Below, piece after piece: positions 58,403 through 64,000 of a stretch of 64,000 bases of DNA. The number at the start of each line of letters is the position of its first letter. Within the stretch, counting starts at the first letter, position 1. A program made the translations under genes and the position numbers. The notes under the pieces were generated by a model that saw nothing but the letters and a program-made list of their open reading frames with translations, did no database searches and was not told the DNA's origin. The stretch is from an uncultured cyanobacterium. Its GTDB lineage: Bacteria; Cyanobacteriota; Cyanobacteriia; CAKZMO01. The stretch lies in contig CAVRCJ010000011.1 of the NCBI GenBank assembly GCA_963719515.1, forward strand, positions 160,001 through 224,000. The letters are read 5' to 3'.

Positions 58403-58957
58403 TCACAAAGCCCAATCGGGCGCTGAGCCCAGACAAACCATTCTATGCAATGCGTATCCACCCATCTCAGCATTACTCGGGAAGCCGACATCTCCTCGGA
58501 TTACTACCTCATAACCATTTTCGTTGACGACTGAACCGGAAATCCCGTCACTACAATGGACATCTTTAACTGACTCTTCAATGACCGCACCTTCAGGATC
58601 ATCGTAAATCGTTCTGACTTGAACTCTGTAGCGCTGATACATTCCTGTAGGACGATCTTCCACCAATTCTGAAGCTGTAATTCTAGAGGACCAAGCGCCA
58701 TTATCTCGCCAGGACTGCCAGTAGAGAATTGTTTCAGAGTCAGGGCGAGCAATAGAATCTCTAGGGATATCTGCAATTAGCTCAGAGTACCCATCCTGTG
58801 TCAAGTCTAAATCGTTGGCTAAAATAGTGCTCGATATCTGAGCAGTCTGCGCAAAGCTTGATTTTCCTACGCCTAAGAAGACACCTAAAACGGCGATAGA
58901 AATAGCCAAATTTCTACCCCAAAAAACTATCTGAAAACTATTCTTCCTTGCCATCAT
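58403..58957 (-). CDS. hypothetical exported protein
   Basis: basic N-terminus, hydrophobic core, SFA cleavage-like site; start overlaps the upstream stop. Confidence 0.65.
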   Translation of the reverse strand: MMARKNSFQIVFWGRNLAISIAVLGVFLGVGKSSFAQTAQISSTILANDLDLTQDGYSELIADIPRDSIARPDSETILYWQSWRDNGAWSSRITASELVEDRPTGMYQRYRVQVRTIYDDPEGAVIEESVKDVHCSDGISGSVVNENGYEVVIRGDVGFPSNAEMGGYALHRMVCLGSAPDWAL

Positions 58958-59247
58958 ACTAATCCATAGCTCTCAAGCAATGCTCTCAACTCATCCTTAT
59001 TCAGTCTTGAGTAACCTTTTAACCCATGCTGCTTAGCGACTACAAACATGTCTACTTTCTTCATATCTCTAGACCCAACTCGTTTTGAATAGTATGAGAT
59101 TGGCCCTGGCAAATTAGCATGCACTTTTCCAGTTCTAGAGTTCCAACTGATAGGGCCTGCCTTTATGCTTGTTGAGATACCAGACTTTGAGAGATTCACG
59201 GATAAACCAGGAAACAGCGTTATCTTTTTTCTAAATCTAAAATTCAT
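58954..59247 (-). CDS. DUF4236 domain fused to Rho-N-like helical domain
   Basis: FRFRKKITLFPGLSVNLSKSGISTS (DUF4236) and AKQHGLKGYSRLNKDELRALL (Rho_N-like). Confidence 0.8.
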   Translation of the reverse strand: MNFRFRKKITLFPGLSVNLSKSGISTSIKAGPISWNSRTGKVHANLPGPISYYSKRVGSRDMKKVDMFVVAKQHGLKGYSRLNKDELRALLESYGLV

Positions 59248-59467
59248 GGCATCCTAAAGAAACTAGAGCGTTGACTCAATTATCTTCTTGCGCAACAATC
59301 GCGTTCTTAAGGTGCTTAAGGCTTTATAGTAAATTTAAGTTTTCATGAATAAGCCCCCCCGGATTTCGAAAACTTCCGGGCTAGCTATATTTTTACAAAA
59401 GGCGCAAGTAATATTGCTATTTAGAACTGCTTGAGAATTATTGTGTTCGCTCAGGCGATCGCCGCGC

Positions 59468-59971
59468 TTAACTCCATCCATCGACCCGTAGATTGTTAGA
59501 GTTGACCGTATCAACACCCTGATTTTGAAGATATGCCGCTAGCTTTAGGTCATCCGTTAAAACGAGATACTGACCTTGAGCGACCTCAAAAATACTGCAG
59601 TCCGTCAATCCAAAACGAGAAAATTTCTCATTTTTTGAGATGATCTCGCTTTGGCTATAATGCTCGCTGAATTGGCTAAGAAGCTGAGAAAAAACCACGA
59701 GGCACTGCGATCGCTCTGGCTCACCCAACTGATTGATCAAGCTATTGACTTCCGTTAAGATATTCGGCGTTGTCACAATCTCATCTCGAAACGCTAACAG
59801 AAGGTCGCACAACAAAGTATAGTCGTCAACATTAAAGCTGTTGGTCCGCTTGAATCGAGATATCCGACTTGGATTTACAGCTCCAACAAAATAGAGCAGC
59901 AAAATATTTGTATCGATTAAAATACCTTTGCGCCGATACTTATTCAAAAGCTCTGCTGCATAGCTGTTCAT
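59468..59971 (-). CDS. PIN domain protein (putative RNase toxin)
   Basis: ILIDTNILLL, TTPNILTEV, FGLTDCSI, VLTDD. Confidence 0.85.
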   Translation of the reverse strand: MNSYAAELLNKYRRKGILIDTNILLLYFVGAVNPSRISRFKRTNSFNVDDYTLLCDLLLAFRDEIVTTPNILTEVNSLINQLGEPERSQCLVVFSQLLSQFSEHYSQSEIISKNEKFSRFGLTDCSIFEVAQGQYLVLTDDLKLAAYLQNQGVDTVNSNNLRVDGWS

Positions 59972-60282
59972 ACCTGCCGAATCTTCATCGATTCGATCTT
60001 GCCCGTTGAGGCATTCACAGCGAAAAGCTTATATTCCCGCTTAAATCCGCGAGGTGCATTAATCGACTGCATCATCTCATCAAGAGCAGACTTGCGCTTA
60101 ACTGGCACATCATACCCTAGCGTAACCAGCCAGGTTTTCTCATCTTCAGACAGCTCAACCTCTTCCAGCCTTAGATCATCAAGATCGCTGCCCATCAAAT
60201 CTTGAAGCTCTCGAACATAGTGATAGGCGGACTTTACAGCCGTTTTTACGTCTTTGATATCCAGCGTCGTTTCATCTAACAT
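59968..60282 (-). CDS. hypothetical protein coupled to the PIN gene (putative antitoxin)
   Basis: ATGA overlap with the PIN gene; LRLEEVELSED...WLVTLGY...REYKLF. Confidence 0.75.
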   Translation of the reverse strand: MLDETTLDIKDVKTAVKSAYHYVRELQDLMGSDLDDLRLEEVELSEDEKTWLVTLGYDVPVKRKSALDEMMQSINAPRGFKREYKLFAVNASTGKIESMKIRQV

Positions 60283-60414
60283 GGCTTTACTCAGAGGGTT
60301 CGGCTAGCTTTCATATCTAAGTATAAATCTCTTGAAAGGATGCCCTGCTGACCAAATACATTACCAGGCAAAAGGTAAATGCCATCAATGAAGCCGCCAG
60401 CATCACAGCCCCCA

Positions 60415-61116
60415 TCAGTGCCGCGATCGCTGCCCAAACGGACAAAGGTCCAAAATGGCGCAGCGATCGCAGGCGGGACTGCGGTAGTAGCAGCACTTTT
60501 GCCCGTGAAGCATGAGCACTTCATGGTTATCGTAAACCTGCTGGGCGCTCCAGTCTGGGGGCAGCTGCGCCGCCAGTACCTGATGCGACGGCCCCACCGC
60601 AACCTTAGGCCCAATCAGCCCCGTCCGCGCCGCCACTCGGTGGTGGTGGCTATCCACCGGCAGGGCCGGACGCCGCAGGGTACTGAAGCAGAGGACTGCG
60701 GCACTTGTTTTGGGGCCAACACCGGGAAGCGCTTCTAGCCAGGCCCTCGCCTCCGGGACCGACAGCTCCGTCAAGAAATCCAGCGACAGCTCGCCCCGCC
60801 GCTCGGTGATGCCCCTCAACACCGCCTGCAGCCGGGGCGCTTTTTGCTCGGGCCAGGTGCAGGGGGCGATCGCCTGCTGTACTGCCGCCACATCGCCATC
60901 GCGTACGGACTCCCACGAGGAAAAAGCCTGCTGAATTTGCTTGAACGCCCGCCCCGAATCTGCGTTGCGGGTGCGGTGGGAGAGGAGCGCTGACACCAGC
61001 TCGCTGAGCGGGTCTAAATTATGGAAGTAGGGAATAGGGCAGCCATAGACTTGGCAAAGACGCTGATGAATCAGCAGCGCTTTATCAGAGCCAGACAGAC
61101 AGGGTAGATCTTTCAC
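60415..61116 (-). CDS. endonuclease III-like HhH-GPD DNA glycosylase with 4Fe-4S motif
   Basis: LPGVGPKTSA, PVDSH, C-terminal CCYYRSPACDRCAILDLC. Confidence 0.88.
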   Translation of the reverse strand: MKDLPCLSGSDKALLIHQRLCQVYGCPIPYFHNLDPLSELVSALLSHRTRNADSGRAFKQIQQAFSSWESVRDGDVAAVQQAIAPCTWPEQKAPRLQAVLRGITERRGELSLDFLTELSVPEARAWLEALPGVGPKTSAAVLCFSTLRRPALPVDSHHHRVAARTGLIGPKVAVGPSHQVLAAQLPPDWSAQQVYDNHEVLMLHGQKCCYYRSPACDRCAILDLCPFGQRSRH

Positions 61117-61504
61117 GGGTTAATCGGACTAGGTTGGATTGGCTACGCGCTCTGGCGACAGTAAAATCTCCTATCCCTTTAGCAAGATGACGGGCCGAAT
61201 GCTGCTGCCAGAAACTGTAGGCTCAATAAAAACATTTTTAACTAACGCAGCGTTTAACCACTCAATAGTTAACACGATATCTCAACAGGACTGCTCTAGC
61301 TTGGCTGCCGCGCTTCCAGCACACATTTGAGTGACGCCACCGATATCCTATCGGCCCAGCGGCGGGGCTGTTCCACGCTGCTGAAGCCTGGTCATTAAAG
61401 CTGACGGCGATCGCTACTGCCGGAGCTGCTTGCGCTGGGTCTGAATTACGTTTCGCAAAGCCCGCGCCGCTGAGCAAAATAGCCCCGAGCGAGCGCTCCA
61501 AGCC

Positions 61505-61807
61505 ATGATCCTAGAAATCGCCATCCTCGACGTTAAACCTGACCTAGCTGAAAACTTTGAAGCGGCGTTTCGAGAGGCGTCCACACTTATCGCGGCCATA
61601 CCGGGGTACAGCTCCCACGAGCTTCAGCGGTGTCTAGAAAAAGAAAATCGCTACGCTTTGCTTGTGCGCTGGCAGAATTTAGAGGATCATACCGTTGGGT
61701 TTCGGCGATCGCCAGAATACCAGCGGTGGAAGTCTCTGCTGCATCCCTTCTACGACTCGTTTCCAACGGTCGAGCATTACGAAAGCGTTTTTTCCTCAAC
61801 GCCCTAA
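61505..61807 (+). CDS. antibiotic biosynthesis monooxygenase (ABM) family protein
   Basis: MILEIAILDVK...YALLVRW..LEDHTVGFRRS..YQRWK.LLH.FY. Confidence 0.88.
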   Translation: MILEIAILDVKPDLAENFEAAFREASTLIAAIPGYSSHELQRCLEKENRYALLVRWQNLEDHTVGFRRSPEYQRWKSLLHPFYDSFPTVEHYESVFSSTP

Positions 61808-61836
61808 CTCAACTCCCCTAATTTAATCTTTAAACC

Positions 61837-61947
61837 TTGAACGACCCGTTTTCTCCCAACCCGAATGCCTGGCTCGACTGGCTGGCCATCTGTGGCTATG
61901 TCGGCTTCACGCTGTTTATTGCCTGGCAAGTCGTGACGCGCCGCTAG
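61837..61947 (+). CDS. 36-aa single-TM microprotein (not in ORF track)
   Basis: TTG start; MNDPFSPNPNAWLDWLAICGYVGFTLFIAWQVVTRR*. Confidence 0.4.
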   Translation: MNDPFSPNPNAWLDWLAICGYVGFTLFIAWQVVTRR

Positions 61948-61961
61948 GTCAAGCGGTGGGG

Positions 61962-62879
61962 CTACGGGCTGACACCGTCGATATCTAAAACATCTAGGGA
62001 TGTCACGGACTGGGACCGCGTCTCGATTAGCTCCTCCATGTTCTGAACGATGGTTTGACAGATGGCGTTCAGCGGCAGGTCGTTTGGATCGTGGCCAAAG
62101 GGGTTTTCGATCTCCACGCCGATCTCCTCAATCCCGAATACGGTGAAGCTGACGATTCCCGTCACGACGCCAGTCCACACGCCCCAGGTGTCCACCACTA
62201 AAAACGGCAGTACGCAGCAGTAGAGCAGCAGCAGCTGCCTGAGGTGAATGACGTAGGCCAGCGGAATAGGCGTTTTCAAAATTCGCTCGCTGCCCCCCAG
62301 AACATCTACCAGCTTATTCAGCAGCTCCTGCATACTGTGGAGCTGATACAGGGGCAGGCGATCGCCCTCATACTGGCGCTGGAGGTAGTCCCCAATCCAG
62401 AAGGCGACCTGCAGCGGCACGTGGGCGGTGTGGGTGAGCGTCTTCAGTTGGGACGGCGTGACTAGGGGCTGCAGCTCGTCGTAGGGCTCCTCCCGCAGGT
62501 GCAGCTTCATGGCGATCGCAAAGGCGCTCAGCAGACGCACCGTCGCGGCTTTCGCCTCTCGGTCCTGTTCATCGTGTTCTTGGACGTTGATCCAAATTTG
62601 CCGTCCCAAATTGCGCGTCGCGTTGACCAAGCTGCCCCACAGCTGCCGGCCTTCCCAAAAGCGATCGTAGGCCGTGTTGGTGCGGAAAACGAGCAGCAGG
62701 CCCAGCACTAGGTCGGGAATAATGCTGTTGAAGGGGAGCGCGACGTTGATGTCTAGGGCGTAGAGTACGGAGGCGATCGCGCCAATAGCGGTGCAGAGCA
62801 GGGTGCGCGGCCAGATAGCGGGAATGACGGATCCTCTCCATCGGAGGGCGTCTCGAAACCAATGGTGATCTACGACCAC
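61962..62879 (-). CDS. bestrophin-family anion channel
   Basis: LLVFRTNTAYDRFWEGR, ERILKTPIP, IENPFG.DPNDLPL. Confidence 0.92.
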   Translation of the reverse strand: MVVDHHWFRDALRWRGSVIPAIWPRTLLCTAIGAIASVLYALDINVALPFNSIIPDLVLGLLLVFRTNTAYDRFWEGRQLWGSLVNATRNLGRQIWINVQEHDEQDREAKAATVRLLSAFAIAMKLHLREEPYDELQPLVTPSQLKTLTHTAHVPLQVAFWIGDYLQRQYEGDRLPLYQLHSMQELLNKLVDVLGGSERILKTPIPLAYVIHLRQLLLLYCCVLPFLVVDTWGVWTGVVTGIVSFTVFGIEEIGVEIENPFGHDPNDLPLNAICQTIVQNMEELIETRSQSVTSLDVLDIDGVSP

Positions 62880-63133
62880 TGAATCACTGACTTAAACTGC
62901 ATTGGAAGTGAGTGATAGTTGCCTCTGCCATTATGGCGTCAAGCAGCGGTTTTGGCGGGCCTTGTGCTGCGCGGGATGGGGCGCTGAGGGTAGAGAAAGC
63001 GGCGGCGATCGCTGAGCCGCGCCCTATAGCAGAGTCTTTGTCCCCTTAGGTAGATGAACCGCTCGTCCCGGCTGAGGCAGGCTTGACGAATGCAGTGCTC
63101 AGCTGCGAAGACGGCCACGAAAGGATTTAACTC

Positions 63134-64000
63134 ATGAAAGCACTCTGTTGGCACGGCAAAGAAGACGTCAGGGTAGACAACGTTCCTGACCCCAAGATTC
63201 AAGAAGATAGCGACGCCATCATTCGCATCACCGCCACCGCCATTTGCGGCTCTGACCTGCACCTTTACGGCGGCAAGGTGGCGACGATGAAAGAAGGGGA
63301 CATCTTGGGCCATGAGTTTATGGGCGAGGTGGTGGAAACCGGTTCGGCTGTCTCGCGGCTGAAGAAGGGCGATCGCGTTGTGGTTCCTTTCACTATTTCC
63401 TGCGGCCACTGCTTTTTCTGCGAGCGAGACCTCTATTCCCTATGCGATATCTCTAACCCCAATGAGGAGATGGCCCGTAAGCAGATGGGCCATGCGGCGG
63501 CGGGCATCTTTGGCTATGGCCACATCACCGGCGGGTTTGACGGGGGACAGGCTGAGTATGCGCGGGTGCCCTACGCGGATGTGGGGCCGATCAAAGTTCC
63601 GGATCATCTGCCGGACGAGAAGGTTTTGTTTTTGTCTGACATTTTCCCGACGGGCTACATGGGGGCGGAGAACGCCAACATTGAGCCGGGGGACACGGTG
63701 GCTATATGGGGCTGCGGCCCTGTGGGGCTGTTCGCCATTCGCAGCGCCTGGATGCTGGGGGCGGGGCGAGTGATTGCCATTGACCACGTGCCGGAGCGGC
63801 TGCGGCTGGCGGAGAGCTACGGCAAGGCGGAAACCATCGACAGCTTTGACCCCGATGAGGTGTACGAGAAGCTGATGGAGATGACCAACGGCATGGGGCC
63901 TGGAAGCTGCATTGACGCAGTGGGGATGGAAGCCCACGGCAGCGGCCCGATGATGGAGATGCTGGACGGGGTGAAGGACGCCATGAAGCTGGACAAGCAG
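63134..64000 (+). CDS. Zn-dependent dehydrogenase (formaldehyde dehydrogenase-like), truncated by the window end
   Basis: [48 protein letters not shown]. Confidence 0.9.
   Translation, partial: MKALCWHGKEDVRVDNVPDPKIQEDSDAIIRITATAICGSDLHLYGGKVATMKEGDILGHEFMGEVVETGSAVSRLKKGDRVVVPFTISCGHCFFCERDLYSLCDISNPNEEMARKQMGHAAAGIFGYGHITGGFDGGQAEYARVPYADVGPIKVPDHLPDEKVLFLSDIFPTGYMGAENANIEPGDTVAIWGCGPVGLFAIRSAWMLGAGRVIAIDHVPERLRLAESYGKAETIDSFDPDEVYEKLMEMTNGMGPGSCIDAVGMEAHGSGPMMEMLDGVKDAMKLDKQ

Noticed and set aside
1..64000. GCGATCGC octamers as a novel repeat
   Set aside because: This is the well-known cyanobacterial HIP1 sequence
1..64000. Many 60-240 aa antisense or alternate-frame ORFs (e.g. 32264-32947, 33862-34581, 37531-38223)
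   Set aside because: Shadow ORFs of GC-rich genes with no recognisable motifs

Overview
Chromosomal window from a cyanobacterium, inferred from dense HIP1 GCGATCGC octamers and cyanobacteria-type genes. Housekeeping blocks: bamA-lpxC-fabZ-lpxA-lpxB, trmJ, iaaA, M23/PPIase/HlyB, thiD, fur/futB, tgt/ubiA and trpS/sodX. Four accessory regions interrupt them. (1) A defence island at ~17.6-30.5 kb carries a complete type I R-M operon (hsdM-hsdS-hsdR plus a YgjP-like gene) and a divergent Mrr. It is interleaved with broken toxin-antitoxin-like cassettes, REP-like palindromes, 25-bp and 21-bp tandem arrays and a nested MITE-like element. (2) A membrane spermidine-synthase/DUF4178 operon. (3) A divergent pair: a TIR-TIR-TM-WD40 protein and a double-SLATT (DUF4231) membrane protein. 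A stand-alone TRPM-type SLOG gene lies elsewhere in the window; together these are a candidate nucleotide-signalling immune system. (4) An AT-rich islet at ~57.7-60.3 kb with a PspA pseudogene, a DUF4236-Rho_N gene and a PIN toxin pair. The least explained signal is a small-protein family present three times (29839+, 57423-, fragment 51140+). Both full copies sit behind a sigma70-like promoter and a ~220-nt multi-hairpin leader of divergent sequence but shared architecture, ending in a CCTAACCC-containing hairpin that sequesters the AGGAG Shine-Dalgarno. All calls come from reading sequence motifs by eye; no database searches were run. Several single-base frameshifts in G/C runs may be assembly errors.
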